Part shown: in pieces, positions 8,137-15,622 of the stretch
Numbering within the stretch: position 1 is the first letter of the stretch
Layout of the letters: every line of letters begins with the position of its first letter
Virus record (IMG/VR): IMGVR_UViG_3300009095_000003
Coordinates: 1 to 45,376 of that record
Direction: 5' to 3' (one strand)
Length of the DNA stretch: 45,376 nt
Source of the DNA: a virus
Lineage: Duplodnaviria > Caudoviricetes
Position numbers and translations under genes: made by a program
Notes under the pieces: model-generated
The model's input: the letters and a program-made list of their open reading frames with translations, nothing else
Databases searched by the model: none
What the model was told of the DNA's origin: nothing

Positions 8137-9621
8137 TTATGCTTCAAAATCCGTAATAAATCCTAAATAGTGTTTGGCTCTTGTGTATGCCACATAGACC
8201 AAATTTGTTTCTTGTTCAGCCATCCAATCTACTCGCATAGCCATCTTGTTATATAGCTTATCTGGGCAAAGAATAAACACCCTATTTGCTTCTAATCCTT
8301 TTGACTTATGAATTGTTGACAAGCAAATGCCTTGCTTATTGTTCTCGCTGAAAATGCTTTCGATGCGGTCAGTTAATTGCCTAACCGTTGTAAGCCCTTC
8401 AGACAAAACCATTATTGCTTGTACTTTATCTTCGTAAGTAGTATATTGAGAACTCTCTCTTGCTTCAGACGGGCTACATTTAAGAGCCTCAGAGACTCGT
8501 TTTTCGATTTTCAATAGTTCTTTATTGAAAACTTTTACCGCATCTTCTACGTGGTTCCTTCTCGTTCTCTTGACCATGTTGATGAGGTTCACACCTATGT
8601 CCCTGCCTTTGATATATGCTTTAACTCCATTAGCAATATAGTTCATACAAAGCTTAGTGAGTGGAGCAGTTACACGGCAAATAATCATATCTCCATCTTC
8701 AACGTTTCTGATACTTGCATCATTGTCTACAGTACCAGACTCAGCACCATCTTTTGCTTCGATTTGAGGCACAAGAGTTTTGGCTAAGTTGATAATGCTA
8801 CTATCGCAACGGTAGCATACAGACAAAGGAAGTTGAGTTGTATTTGGAATTGATTTGAGCAAATTGAAGCTTTTAACATCGGCACCAGCAAAACCATAAA
8901 TAGCTTGCCTTGGGTCTCCTACTGCAACAAATCTGCCGCCAGGTTTTAAGCACTTTAAGAATAGTTCGCGTTGTGCTGCATTTAAGTCTTGGCACTCATC
9001 AACGAAAACCCAGTCGTATTGTGGCATGCGAACGTTCTTCATGACAGGAAAATAAATCATATCGGTAAAATCGATGAAGTCCATTTGCTTGTAGCCCCAT
9101 CGTACAACCTGAGCAGCAATGTGGCATTCGTTATCAATCAGATTTAGGTCATGCTTCATAGCAAGGTCTTCAAATTGCTCCGTAGAGTTACACAGGTTTA
9201 CTCGCACTAAATCTATAAGCTTATTGATGTTAGCTTTCCATTCAGATACTTCTTCGAAGTCAATGTCCATTAAGGGTTTATACTGTCCAAGGCGAATACC
9301 CTCATTCAAATGAGCTTTATATTTGTCTCCTTGGATTTTACAATTATAGGTATTCATAAGCGCCTTAGCTCCAAGTGAGTGAAGCGTCATAACTTCAACG
9401 TTGGGTTGCATGGCAACTTTAATTTTAAGCTCTTCAACTATAGCTTTGTTGAATGCTAAGAAAAGGACAGTTTGGTCTTCTGGTATCATATTCAGTGCAT
9501 GGACTATTGTTGTAGATTTACCTGAACCTGCAACGGCATCAACTACTGCATTCCCTTGACCGTTTTGAATAAAGCTATAAATAGCTTCTTGATACTTTGA
9601 TGGGACAAATTTTGTTTTCAT
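8137..9621 (-). CDS. UvrD/Rep-like SF1 helicase
   Basis: AVAGSGKST, VDECQD, VGDPRQAIYGF, TIHKSKGLE, YVAYTRAK. Confidence 0.95.
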   Translation of the reverse strand: MKTKFVPSKYQEAIYSFIQNGQGNAVVDAVAGSGKSTTIVHALNMIPEDQTVLFLAFNKAIVEELKIKVAMQPNVEVMTLHSLGAKALMNTYNCKIQGDKYKAHLNEGIRLGQYKPLMDIDFEEVSEWKANINKLIDLVRVNLCNSTEQFEDLAMKHDLNLIDNECHIAAQVVRWGYKQMDFIDFTDMIYFPVMKNVRMPQYDWVFVDECQDLNAAQRELFLKCLKPGGRFVAVGDPRQAIYGFAGADVKSFNLLKSIPNTTQLPLSVCYRCDSSIINLAKTLVPQIEAKDGAESGTVDNDASIRNVEDGDMIICRVTAPLTKLCMNYIANGVKAYIKGRDIGVNLINMVKRTRRNHVEDAVKVFNKELLKIEKRVSEALKCSPSEARESSQYTTYEDKVQAIMVLSEGLTTVRQLTDRIESIFSENNKQGICLSTIHKSKGLEANRVFILCPDKLYNKMAMRVDWMAEQETNLVYVAYTRAKHYLGFITDFEA

Positions 9622-9637
9622 TATCTAATGACTTAAA

Positions 9638-9713
9638 TGTTATTTGATATTGCTAAAGTACAAAGTCTTTCCGAAACAGAAAAATATTTTTATAAAAAGT
9701 TTAAAATTATTTT
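9638..9713 (-). promoter_or_regulatory. Repeated early-type promoter element (upstream of UvrD)
   Basis: 76 bp, 3 mismatches to 17514-17589; AAAAATATTTTT-N19-TACTTTAGCA on the minus strand. Confidence 0.8.
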
Positions 9714-9715
9714 TT

Positions 9716-9743
9716 AAAAAAGGGAGATTTATTGCCTCCCTTT
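9716..9743 (-). terminator. Intrinsic terminator
   Basis: AAAGGGAG/CTCCCTTT stem followed by a T-run on the minus strand at the end of the DUF3310-like gene. Confidence 0.7.
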
Positions 9744-9968
9744 CAATTCTTCAGCTTTATCAAGATACCATTTTTCTTTCTTAAGCTCTTGGTCTACTGC
9801 ATCTTTGTGGCCAAGTCTCATTCGATATTTGAAAGCTGTTATTAAACAGTATTGCCTTACTGCTTCTTTCCCAAATATAGCAATCATCATATCAATAGCT
9901 TCTATTGGATATTGCTTATAGTGGTCAGGATTTATCTGGTCTTTTTTACCGTCCATAGCTTGAGTCAT
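9729..9968 (-). CDS. DUF3310/SaV-like protein
   Basis: INPDHYK...IEAID...KYRMRLGHK...ELKKEKWY; ATG 9968 preferred. Confidence 0.85.
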   Translation of the reverse strand: MTQAMDGKKDQINPDHYKQYPIEAIDMMIAIFGKEAVRQYCLITAFKYRMRLGHKDAVDQELKKEKWYLDKAEELKGRQ

Positions 9969-10632
9969 TTTGAAGATAGAATTTTTTATCAGCGTAATAA
10001 TGTCTTTCATATACATGCATATCTGCAGCATGATGATAATACCAACCTACTGGCAAATCTAGTTCAGAGGCTACATGTTCTTGAAGCTTTGAGAAACAAT
10101 ATTGGTCATTACAAAAGCCGAACCAAATGTCATTGCTTCTCATGAACACACTCATACAAAGCTTATTGTTTTCAATAGTAAATCCAATGCTTAAAGTGCA
10201 TGGAGTATCTTTTGAAAACTCATCTTTATTTTTACCGTCGAATATAGTTATCCAGGCTCGTCTAGTCAAAGGGTCTTTTCTTAACTGCTCAATTGTTTTT
10301 TCCAATTGACCTTTTTCTGACCACAGATACCCATAGTTGCTGTTAACAATATTATCTCCGTTGTGCATTCTGTCCCAAATAGGAGCAAATTTTTTAAGCT
10401 CTTCTACTGAGCGATTTTTTGAGAGATACCATTCCCATTCACGTTCAGCGTAGGTTTTACTCCAGTTTCTCCATTCCGCTGAAATATCTCTATTTAAAGG
10501 GTTAGTGATGTAGAAGCCTACATTATGCAGCTTCTTTGTCCCATTGCCTGTTTCAATACCATTTTTGCAAAGCTCTGCAAAAACGATACTGAAAGCAATG
10601 TTTGCTGAGTTGAAGTGTTCTCCTTTAAACAT
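9946..10632 (-). CDS. Thymidylate-synthase-family enzyme, dCMP hydroxymethylase-like
   Basis: SNYG, D..TRRA, DTPCT catalytic Cys, MRSNDIWFGFCND, HVYERH; Asp rather than Asn at the base-specificity position, as in T4 gp42. Confidence 0.8.
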   Translation of the reverse strand: MFKGEHFNSANIAFSIVFAELCKNGIETGNGTKKLHNVGFYITNPLNRDISAEWRNWSKTYAEREWEWYLSKNRSVEELKKFAPIWDRMHNGDNIVNSNYGYLWSEKGQLEKTIEQLRKDPLTRRAWITIFDGKNKDEFSKDTPCTLSIGFTIENNKLCMSVFMRSNDIWFGFCNDQYCFSKLQEHVASELDLPVGWYYHHAADMHVYERHYYADKKFYLQNDSSYGR

Positions 10633-10638
10633 AATCTT

Positions 10639-11088
10639 TTAATTTAATCCAGTTGAACCAAAACCTCCTTCTCCGCGCTCGGACTCAAGAACATCAGGCC
10701 CAGTGAAAAGCTCATCTTCTGCAACTTCTTCTACATCCGCATAAGAAACTGGTACGAGTACCATTTGCACAAGCTTTTGGCCAGCCAAGATAGTTGTCGC
10801 AGTATCGCTTACATTTGTAACATGGATATGAATTTCACCTTGGTAGTCTTCATCAATTACACAAGCCCCGACTTGCAATCCTTGTTTAGTTGCGACTCCG
10901 GATTTATTAAACGCAATTAAGGCAAAGCCTTTTGGAAGCTTAGCTTTGATACCACTTGGGATAAGTGCGGCTTCTCCTGGCAAAAGCTCTGTCTCAAGCA
11001 TATTGTTTGGAGTGTAAAAATCTAATCCAGCAGACGCTGCTGTACCTCTCGATGGGAGTTTTACGTCTTTAATTCTTGCTATTTTCAT
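10639..11088 (-). CDS. dut: Trimeric dUTPase
   Basis: AGLD, KSG, VIDEDYQGEI, QMV, RGEGGFGSTG. Confidence 0.95.
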   Translation of the reverse strand: MKIARIKDVKLPSRGTAASAGLDFYTPNNMLETELLPGEAALIPSGIKAKLPKGFALIAFNKSGVATKQGLQVGACVIDEDYQGEIHIHVTNVSDTATTILAGQKLVQMVLVPVSYADVEEVAEDELFTGPDVLESERGEGGFGSTGLN

Positions 11089-11099
11089 TTGTTCTAATT

Positions 11100-11148
11100 T
11101 TTGATATTGCTAAAGTAAACTATTAAATTGAATTATAAAAATAATTTC
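11100..11148 (-). promoter_or_regulatory. Repeated promoter element, degenerate copy (upstream of dut)
   Basis: TGCTAAAGTA at 11108-11117 with AAAAATAATTT 19 bp away. Confidence 0.7.
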
Positions 11149-11156
11149 ATTAAAAT

Positions 11157-12065
11157 TTAAAAATATTTTTCAAAGTCTCTTAAGTCATTCCAATCTCTAT
11201 ACGAGTCAATTGTATCAGCAGAGATTGTAGGTTTAGGAGCATTCCCTGCTACGTTGAAAAACCAAGCACCTTCTGAAGAATGTTCCATAAAGTAGTGGTA
11301 AGCCTTTGCATCGTATTTAGGTTCTGTCTCAAACTCTAAAGGAATATAATCACTCAATTTAGAGAACTCTTTGTGGTATGACATAAACCTAGCGCGCCCA
11401 AGCTCGCCCTGTTGAATGTTTCTTGCAACGGCAACGGCAACAAAGTCCGTATCTGGAAGAGCAATCTGAAGCGTTCTGGATAGTACTCCTGTGGACATAG
11501 CCGACCACATTTCTTTTGGTTTTGGAATATCTTGAAAAAATTCGTATACCTGTCTAACCCCACACGCAATGACTTCTTCATGATAAAGTCCTAGCGGTAC
11601 ATAATAAGCTCCAGTAGCTTTAGAATATTTCTTGGCCAGCGAGTTAGCATTTGGCATAGCAGCAACTCTGGCGAATAAAGGTTTTGCTCCTAGCTCAATA
11701 CATAAGAGCTGATGAGGGCTAACCTGTTTTGATGATGGCATCACTAAAGTAAGTTCCAAGCCGTACTTCTTGCAAAGGTAGGCCAATGAAATTCCTGCAA
11801 ATCCTTGTCTAGGTTGAACGTATACAACTTCAGATACTCCTTCAGAAGCTAAGTTGGAAATTAACATTTCACCAGCTCTTGCTTTGTAACCTACTTCACA
11901 TGAAGTTGACTCATCGATTATAAATCTGCCATTAAATTCAATAACGTCAAAAGGCTTAAAAGAACTCTTAAATCCTTCTGAAATTTTTAAATAGTAGGCT
12001 AGTGTTTTTTCAGAAGTCAAGTCTTTGTTCTCGACTCCTATCTGCTTGTTTTCAAATAGTCCCAT
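11157..12065 (-). CDS. PLP-dependent enzyme, fold type II (Trp synthase beta / Cys synthase-like)
   Basis: GYKAR (candidate Schiff-base Lys), QPRQGFAGISLAYLC, YYVPLG, AMSTGVL phosphate loop. Confidence 0.8.
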   Translation of the reverse strand: MGLFENKQIGVENKDLTSEKTLAYYLKISEGFKSSFKPFDVIEFNGRFIIDESTSCEVGYKARAGEMLISNLASEGVSEVVYVQPRQGFAGISLAYLCKKYGLELTLVMPSSKQVSPHQLLCIELGAKPLFARVAAMPNANSLAKKYSKATGAYYVPLGLYHEEVIACGVRQVYEFFQDIPKPKEMWSAMSTGVLSRTLQIALPDTDFVAVAVARNIQQGELGRARFMSYHKEFSKLSDYIPLEFETEPKYDAKAYHYFMEHSSEGAWFFNVAGNAPKPTISADTIDSYRDWNDLRDFEKYF

Positions 12066-12066
12066 A

Positions 12067-13122
12067 TCAGTTAAGTAATTTCTTAATGTATTCCGAATAG
12101 TCTTCTCCAGACAAATCGCAATACTGTTTTATCGTAGAATTGTTAGCGTAAGTTTTTCCACCGTTCTTAGCAATGTGGTCTTTGGATTGAAATTCGTACA
12201 GGTATCTGTAAACATCACACATCCTTGAGTCTTCTACTGAATAGGGTACAGAATTGTAACGCTCCGCTATGAAGTTTATTGCTTCTATTTCAAAGTCTAA
12301 TTGCTTAATGCCTGGCTTCTTGTTGAACATCGCAGAAATACACTTTTTAGCGTTTGTTCCAGCGTATATGCTTGACTTTTGGTCAATAAGATTAGGAAAA
12401 TATTCAGCTATGTCTGCTGCGGTTGCCGATAGCACAAAATTTTGTCTTTTAAAACCCTTAGAAACTAAATAGACGTTCATAGAGTCGACAAAATCGATTA
12501 TCCCTATTCTACCATTGCCTAGCAAATCTTGCATCTTAGAAACAATCCCACGTATTTCTGTGAGAATAAAATTCTTAAGATGGCCAGAAGTTAAATGTTT
12601 GTAACTGACTTGAGGCAGTAAATATCCTTTATTATTTGTGAAAGGTGTTTCTCTAACTTCTAAATCTAGTAGCCAATCATCTAGCTTTAAATCACCTTTA
12701 AGCCAACTTTCTACTATCCAGAAATTACCAAATCCGTGAGTCCCGAAAGGATTTCCTGTAGTATTTGGAACGTAATTAATCCCGCTTCCGCAAAGCCTAA
12801 ATAGATAAAATAAAGCTAAAGCATCTTCGATTTCTAAATCTGATAAGGATGGAGCTTCAAGAAAGTGCAATCCGTTTTTCTTAGGGTCATTTTCTTTTTT
12901 GTCGATAGCTTCCAAGAATGAGCAGAATGCTGCGTATCTTCTGTCTAGCATATCATAAATAGGAACGTGAAAAATTAAATCGTCGTTGACTTCTTTTTGA
13001 AGTTTTTGCAAATCTAAATTATTAGGATTTCCATCGTATAAGTAGTTTTGCATTGCTAAGCTTTTTACGTGGTAGTCGTCTATCGCTTCTAATATTTGGT
13101 CATTTATGCTAAAATATTTCAT
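12067..13122 (-). CDS. aGPT-PPase / 5-hmdU DNA kinase-like helical DNA-modifying protein
   Basis: Motif order DDLI...YD..DR, LFRL, ADIAEY, AGTNAKKCI, EDSRMCD..RY parallels the DPIL..N..R..DR, FR.F, DL.Y, AGPGA, EH.LCE..KY pattern I recall for this family; context also fits. Confidence 0.6.
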   Translation of the reverse strand: MKYFSINDQILEAIDDYHVKSLAMQNYLYDGNPNNLDLQKLQKEVNDDLIFHVPIYDMLDRRYAAFCSFLEAIDKKENDPKKNGLHFLEAPSLSDLEIEDALALFYLFRLCGSGINYVPNTTGNPFGTHGFGNFWIVESWLKGDLKLDDWLLDLEVRETPFTNNKGYLLPQVSYKHLTSGHLKNFILTEIRGIVSKMQDLLGNGRIGIIDFVDSMNVYLVSKGFKRQNFVLSATAADIAEYFPNLIDQKSSIYAGTNAKKCISAMFNKKPGIKQLDFEIEAINFIAERYNSVPYSVEDSRMCDVYRYLYEFQSKDHIAKNGGKTYANNSTIKQYCDLSGEDYSEYIKKLLN

Positions 13123-14075
13123 GGGATAAAAGTTTCTTTGAACATATAATATTTAGGAGCTAAGTGCACGGATTGTCTAGCTTCCATGTAACTAAAATCA
13201 AGCTCTCCTAGTAAATTTGTCATGTCTGGCCATTTCAATAGCTTGAAGTTATTTCTATCACAAATCGTTTCTAATTTATCGTTGAAATAGTTTCTAACAG
13301 CGTTTCTCATAGCCCAGTCTCCATGGAAAGGTTTTCCTTCAAAATACCCAGTTTTCGGTAGTCTACGGCTTTCATTTTCGATAGGTAAAAGTTCAACTAA
13401 TTCTATTGAGTTGACCCTGTCTAGCAATAAATCTGAAAGCTGAGCTTCTAAATTCCCAATCATTTTATCTACCGCTTCGAAAACTTCATCTTCCGTGAAT
13501 AGCCTACAAAGGTGGTGCCGTACATCTATGTTTCCTGCGTACATTCTAAAAATTTCGATTTCACCTTCAGGAATAAAAGACTCAATTCCTTCTGTTAAAA
13601 ATCCATGCAATGTTTTTCCGTCATTCCTACTTAGGCCAAATCCTTTCTCATAGACGCTCAGAGAATGGCTGTCTCCTATAATAAATTTAGAATTGATAAA
13701 ATCATCTTCCGTGATTTTAATCGTCTCAGGCATGGTGAAAACAAGTTCTGAAATTCTTTTTTGGACTAACCCAGTGTAGTCTATTGTTTCCGGTCCAAAA
13801 CTGTAAACTTTCCCTAAAAAAGAATGTAGGCATTTAAGATTTTCTATAAGCTTGTCAGATACTCCACCAAATAAATTGTAAGTGCCTTCTCTGAAGTTTA
13901 CGCCTTCTGTCAAAACTATAGCGTCAAAGTCTTCAGCTTCAGATATTTCTATGACCTCCACTTCGCTTTTGAAAAATTCTTCTAATCTTGATTTAGCGTA
14001 AAAGGTATATCCAGCATTGTGGCTGGATAACCTAGTACTAGGTTTCCCTAGTACTCCAGTTAATCCAATTTTCAT
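13119..14075 (-). CDS. Uncharacterised enzyme with an SGNH-like C-terminal domain
   Basis: Start at ATG 14075 (MKIGL); IIGDSHS, GKTL, AGNID and QSVH fall in SGNH block order. Confidence 0.6.
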   Translation of the reverse strand: MKIGLTGVLGKPSTRLSSHNAGYTFYAKSRLEEFFKSEVEVIEISEAEDFDAIVLTEGVNFREGTYNLFGGVSDKLIENLKCLHSFLGKVYSFGPETIDYTGLVQKRISELVFTMPETIKITEDDFINSKFIIGDSHSLSVYEKGFGLSRNDGKTLHGFLTEGIESFIPEGEIEIFRMYAGNIDVRHHLCRLFTEDEVFEAVDKMIGNLEAQLSDLLLDRVNSIELVELLPIENESRRLPKTGYFEGKPFHGDWAMRNAVRNYFNDKLETICDRNNFKLLKWPDMTNLLGELDFSYMEARQSVHLAPKYYMFKETFIP

Positions 14076-14076
14076 A

Positions 14077-14793
14077 TTAGTCTTGTATTTCTTCTGCGGT
14101 TTCTGCCTCAGCTTTTTTCTTAGCTTTTTTCTTAGCTTTTTCTTCTTCTTTAGCTTTTTGAGCAGCTGCTCTTTCTTCTGCCACTCTTGCAGTTTCTTCT
14201 TCATTGATAACTACTGAGCTGTTGTAAATGCTAGTGTGGTAAAGCTTTCCAGTTGATAACTCATGGACTCTAAAATAAATTCTATTCACTCGAGTATCAA
14301 CAACAACCTGCTTAATTTCTGCAGTAATTGTTTCACCCTTTCTGAAAGAGCTGAACTCAATTACTTTGCCAATATTCACTCTCATCTCTTTAGCTATATC
14401 TAAAGCATCGCCTAGCGAGATTTTTTCCTTAGGTTCTTTTACAGATTTAGCTTTTTTCTCTTTCTTAGGAGCTTCAACTGCTTCTTCATCTGTTTCTTCT
14501 TCAGTTGACTCACCGACAGATACGCCTCGAGACTCAAGAACAGATTTGATAAGCTCAGCCTGAACGCCTGTTGATTTGTCAAATGCTGCAACCAATGCTT
14601 TGCTTGCTTTTTTCTTAAGACTCGAAGCAGTGACTTCAGTAACCTCAAGATTTTCCATAAATTCTGCGTCTACTTCTTCCGTTGCACGGTTTAAGAAGTC
14701 AACTTTTTCTTCGCTTTCATTAGCAGCAATTACATTTCCGTTTTCTAAAACGATTTCCATTTGTCCGTTAAACTCAAAAAATTTAGCTTTCAT
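14077..14793 (-). CDS. Highly charged hypothetical protein
   Basis: 238-aa Glu/Lys/Ala-rich ORF directly after a promoter repeat. Confidence 0.8.
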   Translation of the reverse strand: MKAKFFEFNGQMEIVLENGNVIAANESEEKVDFLNRATEEVDAEFMENLEVTEVTASSLKKKASKALVAAFDKSTGVQAELIKSVLESRGVSVGESTEEETDEEAVEAPKKEKKAKSVKEPKEKISLGDALDIAKEMRVNIGKVIEFSSFRKGETITAEIKQVVVDTRVNRIYFRVHELSTGKLYHTSIYNSSVVINEEETARVAEERAAAQKAKEEEKAKKKAKKKAEAETAEEIQD

Positions 14794-14825
14794 CTTTTTT
14801 AATTTTAAATTGTTAATCTGTTATT

Positions 14826-14901
14826 TGTTATTTGATACTGCTAAAGTACAAAGTCTTTTTGAAACAGAAAAATATTTTTATAAAAAATTTAAAATTATTT
14901 T
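14826..14901 (-). promoter_or_regulatory. Repeated early-type promoter element
   Basis: 76 bp, 1 mismatch to 17514-17589. Confidence 0.8.
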
Positions 14902-15203
14902 ACGCTGTCGCTAAAATCAAATTCCAGCTGCTTACCTACTTCATTGCCTTCCAAGTAGTTATTCATCGCACCCATATATGCAACGGCATCTAATAAATTA
15001 TCTTCTTTATGCGCATGGGCCTCTCTGGATAACTTCAGAGCAATCATTGATTGGTACATGTGTTTTGTATCAAGTTGCAATCCGGTCATCGCATTGAAGA
15101 TGTCTCTCATCTTATCCATTGACTCGTTGAATGAGCCGTATTGTCTGTTTTTCTCTTCTGAGCGCTGATTAACTATTTCATCAGCTTTTTTTAGGATGTT
15201 CAT
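14895..15203 (-). CDS. DUF6378-like all-alpha protein
   Basis: ILKKADEIVN.R...YG...MIALKLSR...EDNLLDAVAY. Confidence 0.75.
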   Translation of the reverse strand: MNILKKADEIVNQRSEEKNRQYGSFNESMDKMRDIFNAMTGLQLDTKHMYQSMIALKLSREAHAHKEDNLLDAVAYMGAMNNYLEGNEVGKQLEFDFSDSVK

Positions 15204-15214
15204 ATCTATAAATT

Positions 15215-15622
15215 TTAAATTAATATTTTATCAACTTCAATGCCTGCTTTCTTTAGCAAGTCAATGCCTTCTGTCAAACGAAAATCTTCAGCATATACAA
15301 CTCTCTTAATTCCTGACTGTATAATAAGCTTTGAGCATTCAATGCATGGCGATACTAAAGTATAAATCGTTGCATCTTTACTGCTATTATTAGACTGAGC
15401 CAATTTAGTAATAGCATTTGCCTCAGCATGCAAAACATACTGCTTCGTATTTCCATTTTCGTCTTCACATTCATTTTCAAAACCTCGTGGAGTGCCATTA
15501 TACCCATCAGCTATAATGGTATTGTCTTTAACTATGATAGCGCCTACCTTCAAACGTTTTGCGTGAGAATTTTCTGCCCATATCTGAGCAATTTTCAAAT
15601 ATTGAATATCATGCTTTGACAT
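15215..15622 (-). CDS. dCMP deaminase
   Basis: KVGAIIV, GYNG, HAEANAI and PCIEC zinc motifs. Confidence 0.93.
   Translation of the reverse strand: MSKHDIQYLKIAQIWAENSHAKRLKVGAIIVKDNTIIADGYNGTPRGFENECEDENGNTKQYVLHAEANAITKLAQSNNSSKDATIYTLVSPCIECSKLIIQSGIKRVVYAEDFRLTEGIDLLKKAGIEVDKILI

Noticed and set aside
9946-10632. Calling this gene thyA
   Set aside because: It lacks the ThyA PFN Asn signature and has the T4 gp42-like ND motif
11157-12065. Cysteine synthase as an auxiliary metabolic gene
   Set aside because: It lacks the CysK SVKDR and TSGNTG motifs, and its operon context is DNA modification
14076-14204. Lys-rich N-terminal extension of the 13119-14204 ORF
   Set aside because: It is an out-of-frame shadow of the upstream gene's AAG/GCT repeats; ATG 14075 follows the upstream stop directly
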